This document shows positions 40,405 through 54,573 of a stretch of DNA of 64,000 bases, piece by piece. The stretch's first letter is position 1; each line of letters begins with the position of its first letter. The stretch is from contig CP075493.1 in NCBI GenBank assembly GCA_021613535.1, positions 16,368,001 to 16,432,000 on the forward strand, written 5' to 3'. This DNA comes from Adineta vaga (lineage: Eukaryota > Animalia > Rotifera). Position numbers and translations under genes: made by a program. The notes under the pieces were generated by a model that did no database searches, was not told where the DNA came from, and saw nothing but the letters and a program-made list of their open reading frames with translations.

Positions 40405-40548
40405 TAGTGGTGGCGCCAAGGGTGGGCTGGAGCGGACTGAGCTCACTAGGTTTTAAAAAATTTTCGCGGAAAACTAATCTTTATATAACAAAACTCAAGA
40501 TTCCTATAGGTGAGTCCACCCATGGTCAAATTTCTGGCGCCGCCGCTA
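40405..40548. mobile_element. hAT MITE
   Basis: TIR TAGTGGTGGCGCCA / TGGCGCCGCCGCTA; perfect 8-bp TSD GTAGTAAT. Confidence 0.92.
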
Positions 40549-40950
40549 GTAGTAATGTTATAAACATACTTTGAGGGTGTGGGTGAAGATGTGGTTGAGA
40601 GTAATGAAGGACGCTCATATGGTCTCGATAATTATGTGTAACAATTCACTAAACATAGTTCAACAGCATTGCTAAGAAATCAATCAAAGAATAACGAACA
40701 ACAAACCATGTCAGATTAGTAAATAAAAGTAATAAATGTGTGGGAAAGGAATAATAACACTGATATGCGAAGCTTTGATAAGTATTTAATAATATTTTGT
40801 ATTGAATTACAATACGTGTTGGATTTATAGTTAACTAAATTACATAAAATGAAAAATTCAATTGATCATATTTCACTCATGATGTCTACAGAAGTACTCT
40901 GTATGGTTATTCGAAATTCGTTGAAAGGGAGTTCGACTTTCGTAATGATC

Positions 40951-40997
40951 TTGAGGGTGGGTGTGAGTAAAGAAGATATATTCACACCCACACCCTC
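40951..40997. repeat. Telomere-like hairpin element (a G-arm-only copy also at 40571)
   Basis: TTGAGGGTGGGTGTGA-GTAAAGAAGATATAT-TCACACCCACACCCTC. Confidence 0.85.
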
Positions 40998-41039
40998 TTA
41001 TGTTATGCTTCAAATCTATAAGAATTCCACCAGAAATGA

Positions 41040-41430
41040 TTCATCATATCATCGTTATCGCTGCTGGTATATTAGGTTAATTATTTTTGAGTTGTAAAGG
41101 TAGATATATAAACTAAATTATCTATTTTTTACAGGTATTTATACACATATAGCTCATGCAAGTCATTTTCTAATGCTTGCTGAAGAATTATCAACTATTC
41201 CACTTAATCTTAAAACAATTTATCATGATTGACCTCATCTACATGATTTTTTTGCAAAATTATTTATTATTACATTCATTTTAAGTCGTCTTGTCTATGG
41301 AACCATTATATGTATATATACACTTCGAGCAGTACCAACATTTATTCATATGGCATCAAATTTAGATGATACAATAAGTATTGTGTTATTGTACTAGGAC
41401 AAGTTGTGCTCTTTATTTTCACACGAAATG
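41040..41430 (+). pseudogene. TLC (TRAM/LAG1/CLN8) domain gene fragment
   Basis: HHIIVI / LAEELSTIPLNL / FILSRLVYG with internal stop; 5' part missing. Confidence 0.65.
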
Positions 41431-42079
41431 TCATGAACAATAAAACATGATACTCTAACTCATTTATTAATCATATATTTGACGAGAAAGAAAATAAACA
41501 AAATAACACGGTGAGAGGAAAGACAAAATCTGGAATATTTCTCAAGAAAATAATCAATTCATTTATATTGTCAGTTGTATATTTTATCTTTTATCCTTGA
41601 AAGTTCAAACACAATTGACTTTCTCTTATACATATTTTATAAATGAAAAAATAGATACTATATGGTTGTTTATATTACAAGGCGTCTAATATTCTAGAAA
41701 AGTGAAAAAGTATTATAATAAATTTTCAAATTTTATATCAAATTCTTTAATATTGTGTTGGTCCGAATGAAAATCAAAATAGGAATTATAAAACATTAAT
41801 TAATGATATTCTCGATATTTTGAATGAATGTTTTTATAGCGAATCATCTGAGAACAATTCTTGGTTCCATACAGATGTATAAATGATCCTACATTTCGAT
41901 GCGAAGATGTACCCACACCCACCCTCATATGTTGGAAAAGAATATTCCAGTAGAATTTTACTTTGCACTCAAGTATTCAAATCTGTTTATTATATGATAA
42001 ATGTCCTATGAAAATATTATGATTTTGAGAATCAGAAACACAAAATATATTAAAAAAAGAAAGAAAGATTCGGTTGTTA

Positions 42080-43739
42080 TTATGGTTTGTAGAGTTCTGA
42101 ACTACTTAAATAAGCGATATTACTACCTCCACCAGTAACAAGTACTTTTCCATTTGACAAAACAGATGCTCTGTGTGCATAACGAGAAGAATTCATTCTA
42201 ACAGTACTTGTCCATAAACCTGTTGATGGATTATACAATTCAGCATTATTCAAAGCAAGACCATTGTGTCCACCACATACTAAAACATTTCCATTTGCCA
42301 ATACAGATGATGTATGATAATACGCTGTATAATTCATACTACCAGTATTTGACCATAAACCTGTTGATGGATCATATAATTCCGCGGTATTCAAAAAAGC
42401 ACCATCGAAACCAGCAGTTATAAGTACTTTTCCATTGTTTAATATTGACGCTGTATGTGTGTAGCGATTATAATTCATGCTACTGGTAGTTGTCCAGATA
42501 CCTGTAGATGGATCATATAATTCAGAAGTATTTAAAACTCCAATATCGCATCCACCAGCAACAAGAACTTTGCCATTAGCTAATATGGATGCAGTATGTA
42601 GACCTCTAGCATTGTTCATACTTCCAGTACTTGTCCATAGTCCTGTTGATGGATTATATAACTCACATCTACTTATATAAACACCATTATCATCTCGTCC
42701 ACCGGCAACTAATACTTTTCCATTTTGTAACACGGTTGCTGTATGATAAGCTCGACTATCGATCATATTAGAAGTAACTATCCATGATCCAGTTAATGGA
42801 TTATATAATTCAGTAGTATTCCATTGAATACTACTATCAAATCCTCCAATGATGAGTACTTGTCCATTTGTTAGTAAAGTTGCTGTATGCGAATATCGTT
42901 TGAAATTCATACTACCCGTAATTATCCAAGTTTCTGTAGATGGATCAAATAATTCAGCAGTATCTAATATAAAGCCATTATTTCCACCAGCAACCAATAC
43001 TTTGCCATTGGTTAATACAGTCGCTGTATGAAAACATCGAGTGTCAGTCATATTATTCATACTTAACCATTCTAAGAATAGAAGATGATTTTAAAAGAAT
43101 ATTTTATATATCATCGATTTGTTACCTGGATTTGATATTGTTGTCTTGGATTGATGTTTTTGAAGTAGAGCATAAATACCTATGGCTATACCGACTAAGA
43201 TCATGAAAAGAATCAAAAGACCAAGAACAATAATCCACGGTTTTGGACGTTTTTTATTCTTCTTCTTCTTTGTCTTTTTATGAGAATCCCATGCAGGTGC
43301 ACAACTATACATATAAAAAATAAAAAGTTCTAATATTAATCAATGAAAATATGTACATTACTAACTTAGAATTTATATCTGATATTGCTGACTCGATATT
43401 CACTGAAAAGATTGTTGGCGTATACATACGATTTGTTTTCTTTTCAGATGAAATCTGTGAACCTGTGGTAACAGTTTGTCGTTCAGAATTTAAATTATTC
43501 ACTAAAGTTCGATAATTGGATCGATGTTCTTCTGTAGATAATGATTCTTCGTTAGATTTTGAAGACAAGTGTTTTTGATTTTTCCGATTACCATTACTGG
43601 GTGTTACCTAATAGATATTGTGATGACTGGATTATACAATAATATCATTTTTTATTTAACTTACCGTTGATATCCAGCGAGATGGTTTTCGCTTTGGTCG
43701 TCTGACCAATTCTACTTTGATCGATGGTATGTTTTTCAT
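42080..43739 (-). CDS. Membrane-anchored kelch/galactose-oxidase-type beta-propeller protein
   Basis: Seven repeats of W..T.SM...R..HTA..L.NGKVL..GG; TM exon 43091-43312; ATG at 43739. Confidence 0.88.
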
Positions 43740-44045
43740 ACAATTCTTTTTTTTACAATATAAAATTGAAAGAAATGCAATTTATATAGTTGTATTCATC
43801 AATTTCACCGATGCCTTATCTATGTCAATAATGCTTGATTGAATTTTGAAGAGAATAAAGAACCAGGTATAAGTCTTTTTTCTTCTGAAAAAGTATCAAC
43901 ATAATATAAATTCGTCCTTGTTTAAACAAAATTTGCATTGGTTTCTTATTATGTACTGAAAATTGTGTAAAAACTGAGAGAAGGTCAAAAGGAACATTTT
44001 CTATATGGTCACATCAAGAAAGAAAGAACGAACGAAAAGAACAGA

Positions 44046-44720
44046 ATGTATTTTGTATTCAATTATCTTAATATTGTTTTTATATCGCTGCACTTACTTC
44101 CACTGTTATCCTATTCGTACAGTGTTCACCATTGCACAGTGCTTCTCGACTATCAGAGATTGATCTGAACAATCCTTCTAATGCATTACCATGTCCTTTG
44201 CTTAATGTTTCTGCAGTTTGTTTAATAACATTTGATTTATTCGGTGCATTGATGTTAAGTGACACTTTCTTACAACGTAATATTGCAACACTTTTACCAT
44301 TATTATCATCAACAGATGTGGAACGATTGACCTATTCATGGCTTGATGCATATGTATCATTATTTTGGAAAATCATTTCCAACATCACCCATACAAATTT
44401 TAAAGTCCTTTAAATTATCAACAACAATACCTGAAGATAGTCCTATTTTTAATTCGTCAATAGCAGCATGGAGCAATTTAGAACCACGCTCAGGTGTGAC
44501 AGATGTTCTATCGGAATTAAGCAAAAAATATCAATTAGGATTACTTTCTAATGGTGATAAAAACACCTTACAAACAAATCACAAGTTTTACATGTAGCTG
44601 ATTCAATATATGATGCGCATGGTGCTCGTCGTTTTGGTATTTATTCCGATGCAATTGATAGTTCAGCAGAAGATACCAATACACAACCATGATTTGCTTT
44701 TAATGATATTAAATAGGTAC
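44046..44720 (+). pseudogene. Haloacid dehalogenase (HAD type II)-like pseudogene with signal peptide
   Basis: ITFDLFGAL, AWSNLEP...LGLLSNGD, LHVA...YDAHGA motifs across frameshifts and deletions. Confidence 0.75.
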
Positions 44721-46845
44721 TTTTATTTTTTTAAATTTAATATTCTATCTAATAATATTTTATTTAAATGAATATGTAAGAGAGTAACACAAAATTTCTG
44801 TTTGTAATAATGGAGTTTTTAACTAAAACTATCAGTACAATGTATATAACTACGATGTTTTCGAGCAATCAGTTGAGAAATTGTGTTAAGAGCATCGATT
44901 CCAGCACCACAAAAAATACCGACTGCCATATTAATAAAGCATTCGAAACTACCATCATATTAAAGAACAAAAAGAATTGCTGTAGATGAAAACGAAAAAG
45001 AAGATCGATTCAATTATCTTTGTCGATAAAGAACAATCCGTCTATGTTTCTCTAAGAGAGATAGTTTATAGAAAGTCAACGGTGGAAAAATGAATTTTTT
45101 TTCACGACAAACTGCTCATGACAATAGACGTCGGCATTTCTATATTTCTTGTTTTTTTTGTATATAAAAATATGTTAAACCAATGACAGATGAGTTTCAT
45201 AATTATTGACAAAAGTTTAAATGTATATTTTTATGCAAATGAGCAAATAAGTGGAAATGATCATATGGAAAATAAACATTCATAATAGTGATTTATAACA
45301 AAAATAATCATTTTTGTTGAAACAGATCATTTAAGACAATCAGAACAACCGAAATCAATTGTTTGATTTTATTTTCGACGAAACGAGAATCCACCTTCCT
45401 AAGTGTTGGTACAATCATCATCTTTCAATCTTTGTAAGTTGGTAAAAACTTTAAATAAAAAACGAAATATCACTTTCTTTTCATTTATTCATATACATGT
45501 CATATTCACAAGTTTGAGTCATTGATTGTGATTCATGTAAGGAATGTAATTATGTATACAACGACTGATGTGCAGAAAGGTAAATGTCAATATTCACTCT
45601 CAGCCTCTTAGCTATTGATAAAATCAAATTTGATGTGCTTTTTATAAATTGATCGATCATTTAAAAAAAATTCACTAGTCATTTACACTAAGTTGGTAAA
45701 AACCAGCTACAAAGAAACAAAATATCAGATTCTGATTCATAAGAGAAGTGAAACATCGTATGAATACAACCTGTATGTAGCTTGACATTGTCAATTAGGT
45801 ATTTTGATTAAAAGGAAGTATTTTTCTATAGACTGTTTTTTTTAGATATTACAAGGATATTAAATGGGATCAAACAGTAATGATCAAACAGAAGGAAATC
45901 TAGTCTGTTATTATCTAATGCTTATACCACGTGAAAAAATCGATTCTTATCAATTTAGGAAGAAGTTTACTGTTTCGTTCGAATAAATTATCGAAATTTA
46001 ATTTCAGTTCATGAAATCAATGAATATAAAATACTTCAAAATGATCAAATTATTTACAAAGGTTGTTTAAAAGATGAAGGTAAGTTTCAGATAAAATATA
46101 CTCTCTCAATATATTCAGTTTTAATCTAATTATTTAGAATCATTTACATTTAAATCAATACGAAATTTGAGTGAATCGTCGTTTAAATTAGAGATTTATC
46201 GTAATGATATAATTCATGATGAGATCATCTCTTGCTGTGAATATGGTTTTATGGATAATAATTTAAACGATTCATTTCAAGTTGTACAAATTCTTGGCTG
46301 TAAGCCATGTCAAAAGTAAGCGATGATTTATTAAAACTATTTAAGAAGAATAGTCAATCTTTTCTTTCAAGATGTCAATCAATATCTGATGTATCGTATA
46401 TACGACAATTGAGCAAAGCATCAGAAAGTAAGAAATATCTTTGATTGAATATTTTTTTTTCAAACTTTTATACTATAGATCCTATGATTGAATCATCTGA
46501 GGAGACAACAAATCTCTACAATTCCCGTATTAATCATGTTGCATCGGAAAATCCGATCGGTAACTAAAAAAGCTTTGTCTTTCTTAAAGGAAATGATTGT
46601 TTTGAAGGACCTCCTCAATTATCACCGATGTCATCGTTGACTGAACATACTTTTCCATCGTCTTATGCAAGTACATTATCGCTAACTGACCACAATACAA
46701 ATCTTTCATTCAATCAAAACCAAAACACACAAAGTTTGAATGGAACTAATGATTTCATGCAATTGCTGTCTAGTTTCTTATACAATTCGATGTGTAAGTC
46801 TTGACGAATGATAATAGAATTTGTTTATTGTTGTAAATAGTTCGA

Positions 46846-49172
46846 ATGGCTGATAGTACAGAAACTCAATCAAGAATTTCGCGAGAGAAAGGGAATGTTG
46901 AATGGTTTAATCTAATCTATTTACATAAGTCTTGGCCACTTGATCCATCGGTCATTGAAAATATTCGTCGTTTGATAAATATCATTAAAACATTCGACGA
47001 TCCTGATGAATGTATTGCATATATCAATAGTTTAACAAATCGGAAAGTGATTTTAATTCTTTCCGATGATTTTGTCGATTCATTTCTTCCGCGAATTGAA
47101 GATGATTTTTCTATTTCATCGATTTATATTTTATCCGAAAACCCAGAGAGAAATTCAACGTTTTATTCCAATCAAATTCAAGGTATTCATCGATCGATGG
47201 ATGAGATTTACGAAATGTTAACTAATGAAATTAATCCAATGAAATTGGATTTAATAGATTTTCAATCGGTTTATGTGGATAATACGAAACTTAATCCGGA
47301 ATTTCTTTTCTTTCGAGTACTATGTGAGACTCTTGTTGATTCGAATGAAACTGAAAATGCTTTTGACGAATTAATTCATTTTGCTCGTCAAGAATATGAA
47401 GGAAACGAATATGAACTGGCAGAAATAGAAAATTTTGAAAGAAATTATAAAAATAATCAAGCACTTTCCTGGCTCTTTCGACCTTGTTTCTTATTCAAAG
47501 TAATCAAATTTAGTTTTCAAATCAATCTATTTCATAAAAATCATTTGTTTAGATGTTACATCGAGCTCTTTTTGTCCATGAAGTTGATGTTTTATATAAA
47601 TTTCGTAGTTTTATTCAAGACATAAATACTCAAATCGCAAAAGAAAATTTAAGTGAACCGATTAGTGTTTATTTGGGAAATACAATTGAACAATCAGAAA
47701 TCGTTTCAATGGAATCATTTCGAGACAATCAAAATTTAATCACATTTCAACAATTATTATTCGCTTCGACGAATCAATCACAAGCTATTACAAGAGCAAA
47801 AAATTTACCACGCCGTAATAATACATTTTTAAATCTCCTCGTTCGTATTGATTTTCCATCATCAACGGGATTTGTAAGTCGAATCGATCGACATTTATCA
47901 TCACAGAACGATGGAATTAATATACTCATTAGTGCAGGTCTCATAACTAAAATAATTACTATTGATAAAGATTATCAAAAGAATGGTTACATACTAATTC
48001 ATTTACAATTTGTTTCAATTGAAGATCAAGTCAATCTTCAAGAACAACTTCAAATAGAACGAAAGCAAATTCAAAGTACATCTCCGTTATTTCAAATAGC
48101 AAAATTATTATTGAAAGTTAATTATCAAACAATTGGCGAAGAATTTTTTTCAAATCTTCTTAATGAAGATTTTCTTCTCGATAACAGAAATCGACAAAAT
48201 TCAATAGGACAAAGCTTAGAATTATTCGCAATAAATCATTTTCAAATATACAATTTTAAACGTGCAAGTGAATTATTTTCTCTTTGTTTAAAAGCTTATT
48301 ATCGATTTCTACCAAAACAAAACGAAAATTTATATTTGACCTATCGTGATCTTGGTGATTCACTTTTTCGTATAGGCGAATATCAATTAGCGATTGACAA
48401 TTATCAATTAGCATTTGCAGCTCAACGTCATTCAAATAATCCCAATTTATCTGATTCAGCATTATGTTACTATAAATCAGGCTTAGCTTATCTTAAACAA
48501 GGACATGAACAAAATGCTATTCAAGCTTTAGATCATGCAGAGAAAATCCTCAAACAATCGGATAAATTACATCATGTAGAACTCATTTCCATCTATGAAA
48601 CTTTAGCCGATTATTATTTTGCGAAGAACAAACTTGATGATGTGATTATCTCTTATAAGAAAATCGTCGTTATTTATCAATCTGTCCAGCCACATGATTC
48701 AAAAGAACTTTATACAGTCAATTTTATTATTGGAGGTCTTTATTTGAAAGTTTTAGATTATGCAAATGCTAGGATTTATTATGAACGTGCATTTGATTAC
48801 GGTAAAGAATATTTACCAGAAAAACATCATACTTTTGTAGTACTTCATAATAATATTGGTTATGGATACTATCAACAAGAACAATATTCAAAAGCATTAT
48901 ATCATTATTCGAATGGCCTTTCATTAGCATCGGAATGTGAACCGGAAAATTCACCTTTAATCGGTACACTTCTGTCGAATACAGCATTAGTCTATTCAAA
49001 TACAGAAAAATTTGATCAAGCCATCAAAACAATGGAAAAAGCCATCGAGCACCTTTGCAAAACTCTTCCAAATGATGATGAAGAAGTTACCTATAAACGA
49101 ACATTATTGGATGGAATTAAACGAAAGAAAATTCTTTATGAGGTTAGTGAAGAAACATCCGACTATTTCTAA
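46846..49172 (+). CDS. Receiver-like / degenerate ADP-ribosyltransferase / TPR protein (further upstream exons likely to ~45860)
   Basis: Intron 47499-47552 joins the two ORFs; N-terminal domain, ART-fold remnants, then ~7 TPRs (e.g. LHNNIGYGYYQQEQYSKALYHY). Confidence 0.8.
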
Positions 49173-49904
49173 TCAACGTTTTGATTTATTTTTGAACATT
49201 TTTTTCTCTTGAATAAAGTTCTTTTTTATATTTGAAGGATGAGGGTCGTACGTAAGGTGTCATTCCATGGTCTTTTTTTCTACTACATATTTATGTTATT
49301 GTAAAATACTTAATCTTGATCAATGATCTTCTGCTAGTTCAGTAGCAGTTATTCTGAATGTTCTATTCAAACAAAAAACTTTTTCTAATCCTTGATGTTT
49401 ACGCTATATTTATCAGAGACCGAAAACGTCTCGAACCGAAGTAATAATATTCGAAAAGATAGTCAAACACACTCAAACGTTGAATGAAGAATTAATTATT
49501 GCTCGAAGTATCGTCGATTTTGAAAATATCTGATGCCGTTGGCGAAGTTAACACACGCTTTTATTGAATTTTTTATATACTTAATTTTATCTCCGTATAA
49601 TACAGTGTTGTTTTCTTTTCATACCAGTTACACTGATTGTATTTACCCCGATGGATCAATTCTATACAGCAGAACTATTTTATCCTTATGTGTCTTGAAT
49701 TTCATCAATTCTCTGAACTATGACAAATAATCGTCGGTAATGACATGACGTCAATATTAGCCTAAAAAGCTATTGATACTTTTTATTATTTATAATAATT
49801 TAAACGTTGATACAATTTCATGAATTCAATTAAATCAAAGCTACTACATATATAAAATTCAGTTCTGATAAAAATCGACGTGTATTGGGGTCTTCCGTCC
49901 ATCT

Positions 49905-51524
49905 TCAAACACGGATCCTAAATTCACGCAGTGCTTCGTAGATGGGCATGCTTTGTTCGATCAGCACCTGTACATCGTCAGGCAGAACGAGATCATTTGT
50001 ATTGTCTTTCTTTTTCTGAATCTGATTAAACCCTGTGCTATACTGAGCCTCTTCGTGCCAGTCTCCCCATTTGTCGAACGCCTTAACCCGTTCCGATTTC
50101 CACTCGAGCATGCTCGGTTCAAATCGTTCATTAATACCTGATTCGCAGTACATTCGCATGATTGCTGTAGGTTCTGTGACGAGATCGCCTGCGTCGACCA
50201 AGGCTGGACGAGTGCCGGTAAGCTCAGTGAGAAATTCGAACAAGGCCTGCAGCTCCGGATATCCTATGTCATCGTGAATAAAATCCCTGTTAACTCCAAT
50301 AAACCCACGGTAATTAGAAGGTATAGCCTTTCGTGGCGTGCGAATGAGAAACGTATGTGTGCACCTCTTGAGAAAGTCAATCGGGACGAGTTCATCCATG
50401 AATAACGTCATAAAGACTGAGAAACAACCCAAAAGGTAGCAATAGTCGAACGAAAAGTGATGTCACCTGTATACTCGATAACTGGACACTTTTAACTCCG
50501 CACTGGCTAAAACGAGGCAAATTTCGTCTGGTGTCAAAACATACATCGACACTTCTTTAGTAGACCGATTCCAGATGGTCGGTCGAAATAGCAACAGAAC
50601 AAATCTTTTTGCACCTTTTTTGCTTCTCTGTGGATTTATATTTCGTCTGCCGACAAAAGTACGCACTTCTAAAATGTTAATTACAATATGGATGCTCATC
50701 TATTACAGTGCAAGTAGGGAAAATGTGAATATTTACGTAATATGTACTTTAAAGTGTGCTCGTTAACTGTATACTTCTTCAATATTCGTGTTATCTTGTA
50801 TCAAAAGTAAAAATCGGGCAACTGCTGCTGCATGATATACGTATATCCTCTTGGTCGCATCTGATCCACAGGCATGGACTGTCAGTATTGGGAAGTCAAA
50901 AGTGCGCTTTCAGACTGTTTCTTTTCAAAGGTATTGCTCTATTTGACCAGCTGGGTAAACACGTCACGTAACAGTATTGTGTTTTGATGGAAAGCATACT
51001 TTGCAAATGAGAAGATAGAAAAATTACCTATCTAGAAAAAATGAAAAACTTTAAAAAAATATAATCTTGAAGTGGCTAAAAACTAGACACTGGCTATCGA
51101 TGTCTGAAATCGAGTGAATGTAAGAAGAACAGAAACCCGTTACTCTCCACATTTCTTTTCTATGAAAGACGACGTTATTTATGGCTGTTCCTCAGTGCAG
51201 TTGGATTTTCTGGATGTGATTTGTAGCCGGGACGAACAACATGGCGCGGCATATCTTTGACAAAGACGTTTTTCTTTTCCTTGTTGGCAGCGGCCTTGAG
51301 TATTTCGTCGATTATCTGCGAGAAGGTTGTATCCAAATACTCTGCATGTTTACTCAATTCATTATCAAAATAGCTGTACATACGTTCGGGACCAAAGTAG
51401 CAAGCATCGCTGAATGGTTCATGAAAAGTAATATAGTCATCCCGTTGCATGAAAGCTCGTAGAAAAGCAGTCGACACTGAACGCGGGTGCGACCAAAGAA
51501 AGACGATTTTTGTTGTTGCTTCCA
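49905..51524 (-). pseudogene. Sulfotransferase-fold P-loop protein gene split by a ~0.8-kb insertion
   Basis: FLWSHPRSVSTAF...HEPF, FVKDM, HPENPT | PIDFL..HTFLIRTP; junctions lack canonical GT-AG; insertion 50390-51197 has inverted CCAT(G/A)AATAACGTC ends. Confidence 0.75.
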
Positions 51525-52814
51525 TTAACAATGAATATAAAACACTAAAATAAGAGTGAAGTATCAACACAGTGAAGGTATGATAAAATATAAGCTACCG
51601 AGTCGCAATAACACACGACTCTTGTAAATTTTTTTCTCTTGTCGCTCTTTGCCCTTCGATAAATAAAAAAAAGTCGCTCGCTCGCAAGCAATCAAAACTA
51701 ATGTGAAATAAATGCATTGCAACAAGCACACTCGTTCTCTTCATCAACGTGTTTCGAACACGTGTGTTTGTCACAATTGTCACATTTTAACAACGGCTTC
51801 TTTTCTCTCATAGCAACCAGTTATCGAGCGTTGGCAACTCAATGCATGTGAACATGACTATAACTATTTTTATTTTCAACCTTTCGACCTGGTTGCTTTA
51901 CCAGAAGATGCGTCGTAAAATTCTCTACAAAACTAGATCAAACTTATTTCTATAGAAAGTTAAGGGAAAAGATTAAAACGAAAAATACTCAAGATGCACA
52001 AATGGATCAACTTTCTAAGCTGATAAAACATATGTTCTGTTTCTTTTACATTGACTAATAGTGATAGAAAGAAAAGAAGAGAGACGTTCTATTGACCTTG
52101 AAAAGCTGTATCAACTGGTTATGATTGAAAAATTTTTACGCTAATCTTTGTGACTTAAACGGTTTGTTCTTACTACCACTTTGCGTGTATCAACTCTGTC
52201 TATTTTCCTTTTCTCCGTTTGCTCACATATACCTTCAAGCGAGACAGAGAGAAGAAAGCGGGCAGACGGATGAACAAGAGGAGAGTGAGTCGACGGTCAA
52301 TCGCTGTTCATTGAGTTTGAGTCTCTAGACAGATGTTTACCTAGTATCTTTTTTATTGCTGAACAGACGAAAAGTGAACCGATGACGTGACCCAATTATC
52401 GGTACAGAGATTAAAACCAAATTTTGGTGTACGATGATAGAATGTCAGGTCTTTTCACCTAGAATTCGATTCAAACGAATTTCGAACTACATAAAGAGAA
52501 AGAGTACACGTTAAAGTGCTCAAAAACATTTTCTCCATTGTTTTGTTGTCAGTAGAACTGTTGAAAATATTTTCTATGTACATGGAAAATATCTTAGAAG
52601 TTTGATCGTTTTATATGTGTAGAGTATTCTATTGTTAATTATTCTGCCTTATTCTCTACAGAAAAACGTTTGACATACTTCTTGCAGAGTATTGAATGGC
52701 GGACCTTTTGGAACAACAATCAAGTTTAAGGGTTGGAAAGAAAAAAATCATAGTCAAAATACTAAGAAGCTCATTACTTATGGTCCACCCGTTAGATTTG
52801 TAGATACATCATAC

Positions 52815-53875
52815 CAGAGATGGGCAAGTACGGAGTTTCTCGAGTACGAGTACTGTATAAATACTAATACCAATTTCCGAATGGAAATACTATTTCTTTA
52901 GATACGACTTCAAATTCGTAGCAATTAGTGGGAGACAGTTTTGTAGTTTTTGAATAATTGTACGATAAGTAAGTCAAAAAAATATTGCCAAAGAGAAATA
53001 TTAAAACAGTTTTTCATAAATTTATTTTACTATTAAACTTCAGGTAATTTAATCAAAGTAGAAATGAATTACATTTTAGAAAAGTTAATAAGCATACATT
53101 CTTGCCTGTTAATCGTGCCCGATGTGGCCGCATGATATATCCACTCTGCGAAAAGACACGTTCCACTGGTGTCGATGTTGCAGGTACCGTTAGATACTCA
53201 AGACTCACGTTAGAAGAATTTGTATCTTTGTTTGAATTATTTAATGAAGCTACAGTATTAACACAAGGTCAATCATATACAACCATTAGCCTTGTGGCAC
53301 CTACTGTTCTTGGTATACTTTTTGATCTTGAACGTGAACTTTGTTCTTCTTCTTCAACTCTTGTTCCACTATGTAAAACTCTTATTTCATCGATTAAAGC
53401 TAGATTTAGTGGTCTACTTCGTCATTTTGAAATCGATGTACCTTTTGATTCTTTTTGTATGTCAGAACGTTTTTCTGATGCGATTTTTCTTATTCCTCCA
53501 CTTCTTGATGCACGTTTTAAACTATTGTGGCTCAATAATCTTGATACAGTTGTAAAAGTGCGTGTTCTCGAAAAAATTCGTGCTGCATTTGTTCGTTTTT
53601 TCTCTAAATTAATCATTCTTGTGTCACGTAACGTAGGACCTGATATGTCAAAAGCAGCTGAACCAAGTGATGCTGGTGTAGCAACAAAAACTGATGATAC
53701 ATTACTTAAAAGAAAATGTCTTTTTCCTTATTTCAATGAAACGAAAAAGATTTCTGTCGATGACAAAGCCAAGATTTTAAGCGAATTAGATGCTTACTTG
53801 TGTGAAGAAAGTTGTGAAGCAAATCTAATTTTTATGAAAAATAATTTGTATCCATGCTTATACGAACTGACGGTA
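52815..53875 (+). mobile_element. hAT transposon remnant (TIR plus C-terminal transposase, truncated)
   Basis: CAGAGATGGGC end with GAGTAC subterminal repeats; FNEATVLTQGQSYTTIS, LLDARFK, ELDAYL...YPCLYEL cut within the dimerisation domain. Confidence 0.85.
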
Positions 53876-54414
53876 AGTACACAACAAACTCTATACGCCT
53901 ATGCGTAAACTGTTGAATTCCACACATTCTTTCACATAAACGACACGATAGAAAATTTCGCTCACATATACAAATGCGTAGTAGAGAGCAAAGTTCATTT
54001 TCTCTCTAATACCTATGTATACGAAGCTCTTTTTCCTTTCACAATCAGTCTTCAAATGCTACACAAGTAAGTACTAAATATCCTATCCAATATATATTAA
54101 TAAAAACTATTATTTTTATAATAACAAATATAGATCAGATCCGACTTATATACAATTATTCCATTACGACAACCTTCTAACATTTATTGACAATAGAGTT
54201 ATACCATCAAACATGGAATATACCAGTCATTATTCATCCGACAAAAACAATGTAAATAAGGCCATTGCAAGTTGAATGTGATTAATTATCTTGTATAATT
54301 AGTCATATTTGATTATGTAACAGTGCTTTAGCTATATGATTGATTTTGTAAATGTCTTATTTTGATTTCTTTGGAAGTTAAGATAAGTCTTTCTGAATCA
54401 GTCTGTAGTAGTGT

Positions 54415-54460
54415 AGTCATCTGATGAAGAACTGTAAAAAGTTCGAAACCGGTCATGACT
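54415..54460 (+). ncRNA. Type I hammerhead ribozyme (Athena/Terminon-type 3' end)
   Basis: AGTCAT-CTGATGA-A-GAACT(GTAAAA)AGTTC-GAAAC-CG-GTC^ATGACT; ACACCC at 54470-54475. Confidence 0.93.
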
Positions 54461-54573
54461 TCAAATCTCACACCCTTTTCTGGTCATTTTTGACTGTATT
54501 TCTTTTTTAGCAAAAAAAAAAGATTTCATTAACTTCGTTATGTATCAAAATTCATTTCATCAAAAAAATTATT

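Noticed and set aside
42208-43031. Short antisense/overlapping ORFs here and over other genes
   Set aside because: Shadow ORFs of real coding regions with no independent motifs
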